DNA of 64,000 bases from contig JAQVYQ010000001.1 in NCBI GenBank assembly GCA_028708575.1, positions 116 through 64,115 on the forward strand. Reading direction: 5' to 3'. Position numbers and translations under genes: made by a program. Every line of letters starts with the position of its first letter. The stretch's first letter is position 1. The stretch is from Tissierellia bacterium (GTDB lineage Bacteria; Bacillota; Clostridia; Tissierellales; Tissierellaceae). Under the pieces are notes generated by a model. The model saw only the letters and a program-made list of their open reading frames with translations. It made no database searches and had not been told where the DNA came from. Of the stretch, positions 11,071-20,291 are shown piece after piece.

Positions 11071-11329
11071 GATGGCAAAAGCTGGTTCTGTTGAATCAAA
11101 TGACATTCTTGTTATGATGTCACCAGGTGATGGGGGAATCGACTTAGAAATTGAAAGCATCGTATATAATCAATATGGTGATGATATCAAAAAAACAATA
11201 TTAGATACTTTGAAAGAAGAAAATATAACTGATGTAAAAGTAATTATAAATGATAAGGGAGCCTTAGACTTTACAATTAGAGCGAGGGTTAAAGCCTGTA
11301 TAAGAAGGGGGAGTGTTCAAGATGTATAA
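11054..11329 (+). CDS. citD: Citrate/citramalate lyase acyl carrier protein (gamma)
   Basis: AGSVESND (prosthetic-group Ser), DKGALDFTIRARV. Confidence 0.9.
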   Translation: MAVINKMAKAGSVESNDILVMMSPGDGGIDLEIESIVYNQYGDDIKKTILDTLKEENITDVKVIINDKGALDFTIRARVKACIRRGSVQDV

Positions 11330-12179
11330 AACATTACTTTTTATGCCAGGAAACAATCCAGGAATGCTCGTCAGTTCAGATGTATTAGGAACAGATGCGG
11401 TACTTATAGATTTAGAAGATGCAGTAGCTATAAATGAAAAAGATGCAGCTAGAGTATTAGTAGTAGAATATTTAAAGACATTTAAAAACCAAACAGATGT
11501 ATTTGTTAGAATAAATCCACTTGATACTCCATTTTTCTATGATGATTTAGATGCTATTATTGATTCAGAAATTGAAGGTATAGTATTACCTAAGGCAAGT
11601 GTTGAATCTATGGAAGCATTGGATAAATATTTAACTGAAAAAAATTCAGATTTTAAAATTATAGGCTTAATAGAAACCTCATTAGGCTTAGAAATGGCTA
11701 TGGAAATCTTAAGCAAATCTAAAAAAGTTATTGGAGTATTACTAGGAGCAGAAGATTTAACATTGGATTTGGGAGCTAAAAGAACTAAAGAATCAGAAGA
11801 AATCGCTTATGCGAGATCTAAAATTATTGCTATATCTAAAGCTTTACAAATAGAAGCTATAGATACACCTTTTACAGATACAGATGATTATGAAGGATTA
11901 AAGAAAGATTCATTAAATGCTAAGGATTTAGGTATGACCGGAAAGGCACTTATTAGTCCAAGACATGTAGACATTGTGAATAATGTATTTGCTCCATCAC
12001 AAGCTGAAATAGAATATGCATTAAGAGTAGTAGAAGGTCAAAAAGAAGCAATACAAATAGGTTTAGGTGCTTTCTCCTTAGATGGTAAAATGGTTGATGC
12101 ACCAATAATTAAAAGAGCTCTTAATTTGTTAAAAATGAGTGGAGATTATAAGGAGGAATATGATGAATTACTTAAATAA
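11322..12179 (+). CDS. citE: Citryl/citramalyl-ACP lyase beta subunit (HpcH/HpaI family)
   Basis: LFMPGNNP, IDLEDAV, VRINPL, LIET, GAEDL, ISPRH, GKMVDAP. Confidence 0.9.
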   Translation: MYKTLLFMPGNNPGMLVSSDVLGTDAVLIDLEDAVAINEKDAARVLVVEYLKTFKNQTDVFVRINPLDTPFFYDDLDAIIDSEIEGIVLPKASVESMEALDKYLTEKNSDFKIIGLIETSLGLEMAMEILSKSKKVIGVLLGAEDLTLDLGAKRTKESEEIAYARSKIIAISKALQIEAIDTPFTDTDDYEGLKKDSLNAKDLGMTGKALISPRHVDIVNNVFAPSQAEIEYALRVVEGQKEAIQIGLGAFSLDGKMVDAPIIKRALNLLKMSGDYKEEYDELLK

Positions 12180-13641
12180 TTTTAATATTGATTCCATAAA
12201 AGTCATAGATAAGTCCGAATATCCCACAAAGGGTCAAAAGAAAAATAAAGTAACGGAAAATATAGATGATCTATTTAAAGAATTAAACATAAAAGACGGA
12301 TCTGTATTATCTTTCCATCACCATCTAAGAAATGGGGACCATGTTACAAATTTAATTTTGAAACAAGTTCAAAAATTAGGAATAAAGGATATTACACTTG
12401 TTGCAAGTTCTTTGTTCCCAACAAATAAGGAACTTATTCCATTGCTAAAAGATGGAACTATAAAAAATGTTGTAGCATCATATATATCAGGTGAACTAGC
12501 AGAAGCAATTAGCCATGGAGAACTAAAAGGCAATATTATAATGCAATCTCATGGTGGAAGAGCAAGATCTATCGCCAATGGAGAATTAAAAATAGATGTT
12601 GCATTTATTGCATCACCAAGTAGTGATGATAAAGGAAATATATCTGGAGTTAATGGTATAAACTCTTGTGGTTCAATGGGATATGCAATCGCAGATAGTA
12701 TGATGTCAGAAAAGGTTGTTGCTGTTACTGATTCATTAGTAGAATATCCAAATTATCCTACTGATATAACTGAAGACTATGTAGACCATATACTACTAGT
12801 AGACTCTATTGGTTTAAAATCAGGTATAGTATCAGGTACAACTCAGGTTACCAAAGATCCAATAGGACTAAAGATTGCCAAAGACACACTAAAAGTTATG
12901 GAAGCATCAGGACTCTTAAAGGAAGGATTTAGCTATCAAAGTGGTGCAGGGGGTATATCATTAGCAGTTACATCTTTCCTAAGGGATTACATGCTTGAAA
13001 ATGATTTAAAAGGCGGATTCGCATCAGGTGGTATTACTGGATATCTAACAGACATGCTTGAAGAAGGATTATTTGAATCATTATATGATGTTCAATGCTT
13101 TGATTTAGAAGCTATAGAATCATTAAAGAAAAATCCAACTCACTTAAGAATGAGTGCATCACAATATGGTAACCCAGAAGTATCTGCAGTTGTAGATAAT
13201 CTTGATATTGTAATACTTGGAGCAACCGAAATAGATACAGATTTCAACGTAAATGTAATGACAGGTTCTCATGGTATGTTAATGGGCGGATCAGGTGGAC
13301 ATCAAGATACTGCAGCTGGTAGCAAATTATCCATTATAGTATCAAAATTGTTCTCATCTAGAATTCCTTTGATAAAGGATAAAGTTGATGTTATAACAAC
13401 ACCAGGAACTACTGTTGATGTTTTAGTTACCGAAAGAGGTATCTGCGTAAATCCATTAAGACAGGATTTAATAAAACAATTTAACGAGGCAAAATTAAAT
13501 GTTGTAGATATCAAAGAATTAAAAGAGTATTCAGAGGAAATAATGGGTAAAGCTAAACCTATTGAGAAAACAGACAGAGTAATTGGTATTTCTGAATATA
13601 GGGACGGTAAAATATTAGATTATATATACGAAGTTAAGTAA
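12160..13641 (+). CDS. citF: Citrate/citramalate lyase alpha subunit (ACP transferase)
   Basis: SFHHHLRNGD, SHGGRAR, QSGAGG, GGSGGHQD, TTPG, EYRDG; GGAGG RBS before ATG 12160/12163. Confidence 0.92.
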   Translation: MMNYLNNFNIDSIKVIDKSEYPTKGQKKNKVTENIDDLFKELNIKDGSVLSFHHHLRNGDHVTNLILKQVQKLGIKDITLVASSLFPTNKELIPLLKDGTIKNVVASYISGELAEAISHGELKGNIIMQSHGGRARSIANGELKIDVAFIASPSSDDKGNISGVNGINSCGSMGYAIADSMMSEKVVAVTDSLVEYPNYPTDITEDYVDHILLVDSIGLKSGIVSGTTQVTKDPIGLKIAKDTLKVMEASGLLKEGFSYQSGAGGISLAVTSFLRDYMLENDLKGGFASGGITGYLTDMLEEGLFESLYDVQCFDLEAIESLKKNPTHLRMSASQYGNPEVSAVVDNLDIVILGATEIDTDFNVNVMTGSHGMLMGGSGGHQDTAAGSKLSIIVSKLFSSRIPLIKDKVDVITTPGTTVDVLVTERGICVNPLRQDLIKQFNEAKLNVVDIKELKEYSEEIMGKAKPIEKTDRVIGISEYRDGKILDYIYEVK

Positions 13642-13708
13642 TGAGTTAGTAAAAACTAAATGATTAATAAAAGAGTTGCTATGCAACTCTTTTATTATGT
13701 ATATAAAT

Positions 13709-14767
13709 ATGGTAAAATTAGATATATTTTTAAAAGGTTGTGATACTATTTTTTTTAGTGATAATTTAAATCAAAATAATCCATTTGAAGTAGAAGAAAT
13801 AAAGAAGTTCTTAAGTATTTTTGGTGTAGAATATGATTTTCCAGATATTACATATGTAATTCGAGATAATGATGAAATAATAGCAACAGGTTCTGCATCA
13901 GGAAATATACTTAAATACTTTTTTGCTAAATGTACTTATAGTGGGCAAGGAGCAATAGGTATAATATATAATTCCTTATTAGAGTATGTAATAGAAAAAG
14001 GTTATAATTCTTATTTCATATTTACTACACCTAATAATAAGGCAATATTTAGTTCTCTTGGGCTAAATGAAGTATATTCAACGAATAGCGTAATTCTTTT
14101 AGAAGGTGGCTTTTACAATTATTCTAATTGGATAAGAAAAGTAAAAGATTATGTAGGTGTGAAAAATGGAAAGCGTGGTGTCATTGTTGTAAATTGCAAT
14201 CCAATGACATTAGGACATAAGTATTTAATGAATGAAGCTTTAAAAAAAGTAGATGAACTTATTATATTTGTAGTTGAAGAAGATTTGTCAATATTTCCAT
14301 TTGAGACAAGATATAATATTGTTGTTAATGAATTTAAAGGTGATGATAGAGTAAAAATTATTAAAGGTGGACCTTACATAATTTCTAGAGGAACATTCCC
14401 AACTTACTTTATCAAACAAAAAGATAAAATGTTAGATATATATACAGAATTAGATGCTAGCATATTTGCTAATAAAATTGCAAAAGATTTAGAGATTGAT
14501 ATTAGATTTCTAGGCTCAGAACCTATAGATGTAGTTACATTAGCCTATAATAAATCCTTAAAAGAAATATTAGAGGATAAAGATATTGAAGTAAAGATTG
14601 TTGATAGAAAAGAAGAGGCAAATGAACCAATTAGTGCATCCTATGTAAGAAAGCTTTTAAAAGAAGATAAGGTTGAAGATGCATATAAATTGCTCCCTAA
14701 AAGTACAATTGAGTTTTTAAATTCTAAAGAAGGAATGCAAATTATTGATAAAATAAAAACTGTATAA
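13709..14767 (+). CDS. citC: [Citrate/citramalate lyase] ligase (ACP acetylating); start uncertain
   Basis: VNCNPMTLGH, FVVEED, GGPYIISRGTFPTYF, RFLGSEP, ISASYVR; best SD points to ATT 13748 (see findings). Confidence 0.88.
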   Translation: MVKLDIFLKGCDTIFFSDNLNQNNPFEVEEIKKFLSIFGVEYDFPDITYVIRDNDEIIATGSASGNILKYFFAKCTYSGQGAIGIIYNSLLEYVIEKGYNSYFIFTTPNNKAIFSSLGLNEVYSTNSVILLEGGFYNYSNWIRKVKDYVGVKNGKRGVIVVNCNPMTLGHKYLMNEALKKVDELIIFVVEEDLSIFPFETRYNIVVNEFKGDDRVKIIKGGPYIISRGTFPTYFIKQKDKMLDIYTELDASIFANKIAKDLEIDIRFLGSEPIDVVTLAYNKSLKEILEDKDIEVKIVDRKEEANEPISASYVRKLLKEDKVEDAYKLLPKSTIEFLNSKEGMQIIDKIKTV

Positions 14768-14780
14768 TAAAATATATGAT

Positions 14781-14817
14781 AAAAAGGAGTAAGACCATAC
14801 TGGTTTTGCTCCTTTTT
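14781..14817 (+). terminator. Intrinsic terminator ending the glutamate fermentation locus
   Basis: AAAAAGGAGTAAGACC-atact-GGTTTTGCTCCTTTTT. Confidence 0.85.
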
Positions 14818-15062
14818 AACTTTATTCACCACTGAGTGCTACTGCATATTTGGGTAACGGCCAAACAATTAGACCTTTATACAAGCTATTAAAAACAAAT
14901 GATTTACTATGTTGTATTAACAAGTTACAACTGAGATTTAAAATTACCATAAGATTGAAAAATGTAGTATTATATACATGTGAAGTTTAGTAAAAAACCA
15001 AGTGTGACAGTTATGAAATTGAATTTTCTAATATTAGTCAAATATTGTTGGAGGAATAAATT

Positions 15063-16529
15063 ATGGGCTACAAAATTGCAATAGGTGGTATACATATAGA
15101 ATCTTCTACATTTACTCCTTATATATCAGGTGAAAGTGACTTCAAGATTAAACGTGGTCAAGAATTATTGAATTCATATTCATGGTTAAAGGACTTTAGT
15201 CCTGATATTGAATGTATACCTTTAGTATATGCAAGAGCAATACCAGGTGGTATTGTAAGTAAAGCTTTTTATAGTGATTGGCATAAAGAATTCATCAGTT
15301 TGTTAAAGAAAGCTATATCTGAAAATCAAATTGATGGTTTACTGTTTGATATACATGGAGCAATGAGCGTTGAAGGGATGCAAGATGCTGAAGGAATAAT
15401 TTTAGAAGAGATTAGAGAAATTGTAGGAAAAAGTACAGTTATTTCAACTACAATGGACTTGCATGGAAATGTATCTGATAAATTATTTTATTCAAGCGAT
15501 TTATTAAATTGCCACAGGACTGCACCACACATAGATACAGTAGAAACAAAAAAGCGAGCTTTTGAAAATCTTATAAAAGTATTGAAAAATAATCGAGATA
15601 AATTAGTAAGAGCTAAGGTAGACATTCCTATTCTTTTGCCTGGGGAAAAAACATCAACTGAAGTAGAACCTGGGAAGTCTCTATATGCAAAACTAGATGA
15701 GATATGCAACAACGATGATATTATAGATGCTTCTATATGGATGGGATTTCCTTGGGCTGATCAACCCCGTTGCCATGCTGCTATTGTAATTACAGGCATT
15801 GATAAAGAACTTATTAAAATAGAAGCAGAAAAATTAGCTGACAAGTTTTGGAATCTAAGAAATGAATTTAAGTTCGTTGGGCCCGTTGAAAAGGCAGATG
15901 AAGCCATTAGTCTGGCATTATCTTCAAAAGTGAAACCTTTCTTTCTTTCTGATACAGGTGATAATCCTGGAGCTGGTGGCGTAGGTGATATGAATTTATT
16001 ATTAAAAAAATTTTTGGAATTAAATAAGTCTAATAAAATTGATAAAAGAATTCTGTTTTCTTCTATTTTTGATTCTAAATCAATTGAAGTATTATATGAG
16101 AATAAAATAGGTTCAAATGTTTTATTATCCTTAGGTGGCAAGTCAGATTTATCATTTGGAGGACCTGCAGAAATCGAGGTTACTATTGACTTTTTTTTCA
16201 GAGACTATATGGCAGGAAGATCCGCTGTTGTATGTATAGACAATATTTCAGTCATTATTACTGAAAATAGGTATCAATATGGAACACGGGAGGCATTTAT
16301 TAAGGCTGGTATAAATAATCTTACAAATTATGATATTATTGTTGTAAAAATGGGATATCTTGAACCTGATCTTAGTAAGGTTGCCAAAGGCTGGATAATG
16401 GCATTGACACCAGGTTCTGTTAGACAAGATATAATAAATATTCAATATAAATACTTAAAAAGACCATTGTTTCCACTAGAATCTCAAGAGTTTAAACCCG
16501 AATTACATGCAAATATAGTAATTGGATAA
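15063..16529 (+). CDS. M81 family metallopeptidase (MlrC-like)
   Basis: KIAIGGIHIESSTF, FDIHGAM, DLHGN, HRTAPHID, LLPGEK, GFPWAD, SDTGDNPGAGG, VVKMGY; GGAGG RBS. Confidence 0.9.
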   Translation: MGYKIAIGGIHIESSTFTPYISGESDFKIKRGQELLNSYSWLKDFSPDIECIPLVYARAIPGGIVSKAFYSDWHKEFISLLKKAISENQIDGLLFDIHGAMSVEGMQDAEGIILEEIREIVGKSTVISTTMDLHGNVSDKLFYSSDLLNCHRTAPHIDTVETKKRAFENLIKVLKNNRDKLVRAKVDIPILLPGEKTSTEVEPGKSLYAKLDEICNNDDIIDASIWMGFPWADQPRCHAAIVITGIDKELIKIEAEKLADKFWNLRNEFKFVGPVEKADEAISLALSSKVKPFFLSDTGDNPGAGGVGDMNLLLKKFLELNKSNKIDKRILFSSIFDSKSIEVLYENKIGSNVLLSLGGKSDLSFGGPAEIEVTIDFFFRDYMAGRSAVVCIDNISVIITENRYQYGTREAFIKAGINNLTNYDIIVVKMGYLEPDLSKVAKGWIMALTPGSVRQDIINIQYKYLKRPLFPLESQEFKPELHANIVIG

Positions 16530-16634
16530 ATGTATCATAGAATAAATAGTTCATAATGAACAATTGATAATAAAAAATATGGCAGAAAGGAGAGTGTTGA
16601 TGCATTTACATTAAATGTTCAACACAGTTAAGTT

Positions 16635-18884
16635 ATGTTAAGTTTGAATGAACATAAAAGTATATTGGTAATATATGATGCGCTGGAAATGTTAAGACAA
16701 CCTCATGCAGATAATCATAGTTTTATGGAAAGCATAATTTCGAATCTGTTTTTGGAATCACAGGCTTATAGCCTTGAATTCGCCCATGGTAATTATGCTG
16801 AGGAAATATTAAATACTCTTAATGAAGCTAAATATGATCTGATAATATTTGCTTCAAATGCAATTATAAGAAGAGATAGCAATATATATAGAATACTTGA
16901 CAAAAACAAGAACAGTTTAGAGAATTTTATTGAATCAGGTAAGAGCCTTGTAGTATTTCATCAAGGTTTTGCGGGAGTAAATTCAGAAGTTGATTTTTTA
17001 GAATTTGCTGGTGCCAAACAATGGGTTTGTGCAGATACGGAGAGCGCAAATGTTGACTTTAGTGTAAATCTGGAACATCCTATAATGCAGTTTCCAAATA
17101 GGATAAGTAAGCAGAACTTCATCGATAATATAAATAAATCTCAGTTTTATTTATGTTATAACGGTATTGAATTACCTTCTGATGCCGCAGATAGTAGAAT
17201 CTCTAAAGCTGTATGGCTTGAATCTCCAACTCAGTGTGTTGCTTTGATGACATATGAAAACATAGGTAGGCTAGTCTTGTGTCCATATCCTGCCGATTGG
17301 ATAAGAGATGGGGCATTAGCATCAAATATTCTTTATTATGCAATTTATGGCCTTCCTAAAATAGTGTCTATAAATAATAATGGACAAGTTAATGAAGAAT
17401 ATTATAATATGCTATGTACTCGTATATCTGGAATAGAAACAGTAACAAAGTATTATGATTCTGACGAGATAGAAAATAATCCTAGGTTTAATTATTTGGT
17501 TAAACATGCTAAACTATTTATATTTCCATCGAATGATTTAAAAGAAAAGTACTTAGAAACAAATATAATGAAAAGAGCAATAGAAAACGGATCCAAATTA
17601 GTAGTAGCAAATTCGTATAGGATAGACAACATTAATGTAGAGAACTTAAATATTCTAATTGGTCGAACAAACTATAATCAGAATAACATAGTGTTTAACT
17701 CGATTTTATCAGATTTAAAGATTTCAAACTGGTTTGGAAATGCTTTGTTACATGATATTCATGATGTGTTACTATCTGTTTATGATTCATCTTTTGATAA
17801 TTCTATATTTAGTTCAAGAATATTTCAAGATAAAATTTTAAACTTTAAACATCTGATTTATGAAAGAGCACAATTGTGGATAGGAAATAATTCTATAGAA
17901 CAAGATCCTATAACCGGTATAATGGCAGTATGGTTAATTAAGGTTTCAGAAAAAGACAAGAAAATTAGTAATAACATTTTAGATAAACTTAATTTATTAA
18001 GAGAGGACAAGAGATGTCAAGATTTTAGGTTGACTCTTCAGGCATTAATAAGTGAGGGAATCGATGATGTCTATAAACTTACAATAGATTATGAGAACCA
18101 AGCGGAGAATTCATTAGGAACCATTGTACGTAGATTAGATGATATTAATATGTGCAGAATATTAGGTAAGGAAATAGAAATCTCACCTAAAGAGTATGAA
18201 AAAATATATTTTCAGATTGTTCAATGCCATAAAGAAAAACCAAATTTCTTTGATAAAAGTGATTCTACAATACCTACTATTATTTCAATAACTAGGTTTA
18301 TATTAGATATTCCATCTCATTTAGATATAAAAATGGATACAAATATTTTATTAAATGATTTTGTGTGCTTTTTATCCAAGTATAGTAGTCAAAGCAGCGA
18401 TATAATCAGTAACAATGATATTATCTCCTTAAATATTGCTAATTCTAAATTATCTTTATTGATGTCATTAGGAATCTTATTGAAAGTCGATAACATTTAT
18501 CCTAGAGGGCTATTCGAGTCGCTTTCTTCAATTGGAGAATTTGATAATGTAGCTTACAGCTCAGAAGAAAAGTTAGAATTATTACATAAAGGTATAATTA
18601 ACAGAGATGAATTAATAGAGAATTTGAAATCAGGAATGGAAGAACTTCAGACTAAGTCAAATAAAGAATTATCTGAAATGCGTGCACGATCATCAATTGG
18701 TGGAGTTACTATTGTAGTTTCTATGGTAATATTGCTTGCTCTAAATATATATTATATTATCCGAGTAATTTTATTAAAAGGCAGTGGATTTACTGAAGAT
18801 TTAGGTATATTATTAGCTTTATTACCTGTTACAATTGGCTATATTGCTTTTGTTATCAAATCTAAATTATATGTTATTAAATAA
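16635..18884 (+). CDS. Hypothetical 749-aa protein: GATase-like N-terminal module, helical middle, coiled coil, two C-terminal TM helices
   Basis: Long ORF; YDLIIFASN...LENFIESGKSLVVFHQ, EHPI, GRLVL...ASNILYYA resemble class I GATase-like folds; hydrophobic segments near aa 690-715 and 722-745. Confidence 0.8.
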   Translation: MLSLNEHKSILVIYDALEMLRQPHADNHSFMESIISNLFLESQAYSLEFAHGNYAEEILNTLNEAKYDLIIFASNAIIRRDSNIYRILDKNKNSLENFIESGKSLVVFHQGFAGVNSEVDFLEFAGAKQWVCADTESANVDFSVNLEHPIMQFPNRISKQNFIDNINKSQFYLCYNGIELPSDAADSRISKAVWLESPTQCVALMTYENIGRLVLCPYPADWIRDGALASNILYYAIYGLPKIVSINNNGQVNEEYYNMLCTRISGIETVTKYYDSDEIENNPRFNYLVKHAKLFIFPSNDLKEKYLETNIMKRAIENGSKLVVANSYRIDNINVENLNILIGRTNYNQNNIVFNSILSDLKISNWFGNALLHDIHDVLLSVYDSSFDNSIFSSRIFQDKILNFKHLIYERAQLWIGNNSIEQDPITGIMAVWLIKVSEKDKKISNNILDKLNLLREDKRCQDFRLTLQALISEGIDDVYKLTIDYENQAENSLGTIVRRLDDINMCRILGKEIEISPKEYEKIYFQIVQCHKEKPNFFDKSDSTIPTIISITRFILDIPSHLDIKMDTNILLNDFVCFLSKYSSQSSDIISNNDIISLNIANSKLSLLMSLGILLKVDNIYPRGLFESLSSIGEFDNVAYSSEEKLELLHKGIINRDELIENLKSGMEELQTKSNKELSEMRARSSIGGVTIVVSMVILLALNIYYIIRVILLKGSGFTEDLGILLALLPVTIGYIAFVIKSKLYVIK

Positions 18885-18964
18885 TCCAACCCCAATTGAG
18901 AATGAATGGTTTGAATTAAAGTCATATCATCAAAATTAATAGATAGCTTGAAGGGAAGGCTTTT

Positions 18965-20143
18965 ATGAAGAAACGAATCTATGCAATTTTATTTATAACA
19001 ACGATTTTACTACTTGTATCTTGTGGCTTTAATAATATTCAAGTAGAGGACAAGCAAGATACCGAAGTTTGGGTCAATCAAAACACTCAAGTAGTGGAAA
19101 AACAAACTGTTAAAGAGCAAATCACTCTTGAGACTCAAAAAGATAGGATTACAATTTTGGCTGCGGGAGATATAATGTTTCACATGCCTCAAGTAAATGG
19201 AGCAAAAATTGGTGATACTTACGATTTTAGTAATTCCTTTAAAAATGTAAAAGAACACATTAAAAATAGCGATTTGGCTTTAGTTAATTTTGAGACTGTA
19301 GTTGCTGGAAATGAAAAAGGTTTTAGTGGATTTCCAAGGTTCAATAGTCCAACAGAAACTGTTAAGGCTTTGAAGGATGCTGGATTTGATGTTCTCTCAA
19401 CTGCAAATAATCACAGTATGGACCAGGGAGTAAATGGACTCATATCTACAATAGATACTATTAATAATAATGGTCTTGAAAATATTGGAACATACAAAGA
19501 TGAAAATAGATCAGGCTTAATTAAAGAAGTAAATAATATTAAAATCGGACTATTGTCATACACATATGGTATTAATGGGCTTGATTCATTACTACCAAGT
19601 GATAAATCATACATGGTAAATTTAATTGATGAAGAATTGATACAAAATGACATAGATGAATTAAATGATAAAGTAGACTTAACAATTGTATTTATTCATT
19701 GGGGTAATGAATATCAAAAACAACCTTCTAACTATCAGGTGGACCTAGGTAACAAGTTAATTGAATGGGGGGCGGATATTATTTTAGGTAGTCACTCTCA
19801 TGTAATTCAAAAAGCTGCAGTAGTAAATTATGAAGGTGAAGATAAATATATCATATATTCCATGGGAAATTTTTTATCAAACCAAAGAAAGAATAATACA
19901 GACAATCATTATACTGAAGATGGTGTTATGGTATTATTAAATATTGAAAAAGAAGAAAAGGCTATTATCAAAGATATAGAATATATTCCAACATGGGTTA
20001 ATAGATATTTAGTTGGTAATAGTTTTGCTCATGAGATATTGCCAGTTGAGGAAGCAATGAATAGTAATAACTATAATGATATTGAATTAAGGCTTGAAAA
20101 GTCCATGGAGGATACAATTACTACATTGAATCCGATAAATTAG
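18965..20143 (+). CDS. CapA family (PGA_cap, metallophosphoesterase-like) lipoprotein
   Basis: Lipobox LLVSC; AAGDIMFH, NFET, ANNHSMD, IHWGNEY, GSHSHV, YSMGNF. Confidence 0.88.
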   Translation: MKKRIYAILFITTILLLVSCGFNNIQVEDKQDTEVWVNQNTQVVEKQTVKEQITLETQKDRITILAAGDIMFHMPQVNGAKIGDTYDFSNSFKNVKEHIKNSDLALVNFETVVAGNEKGFSGFPRFNSPTETVKALKDAGFDVLSTANNHSMDQGVNGLISTIDTINNNGLENIGTYKDENRSGLIKEVNNIKIGLLSYTYGINGLDSLLPSDKSYMVNLIDEELIQNDIDELNDKVDLTIVFIHWGNEYQKQPSNYQVDLGNKLIEWGADIILGSHSHVIQKAAVVNYEGEDKYIIYSMGNFLSNQRKNNTDNHYTEDGVMVLLNIEKEEKAIIKDIEYIPTWVNRYLVGNSFAHEILPVEEAMNSNNYNDIELRLEKSMEDTITTLNPIN

Positions 20144-20291
20144 ATGTAAAAAGTTTTAACAAGATACAAAGATTATTAAGGTAGAATTTATATAAATTCA
20201 CAGTATTAATAAGATTATTTAATTCTAAATAATAAACTTAGACCAGAATTTATTCAAATGGTTTGTGAAATTTAAGCATTGGAGAGATTTG

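Noticed and set aside
11054-14767. Ordinary citrate fermentation operon
   Set aside because: No citrate carrier, oxaloacetate decarboxylase, citG/X or CitAB; genes are coupled to mal and the hydratase
14821-14880. CCACTG...GGGTAACGGCC segment resembling part of a cobalamin riboswitch or mobile-element end
   Set aside because: Only isolated words match; no supporting helices, terminal repeat partner or transposase
15063-16529. Microcystin degradation pathway
   Set aside because: Only an MlrC-family gene; mlrA, mlrB and mlrD are absent and the family is widespread
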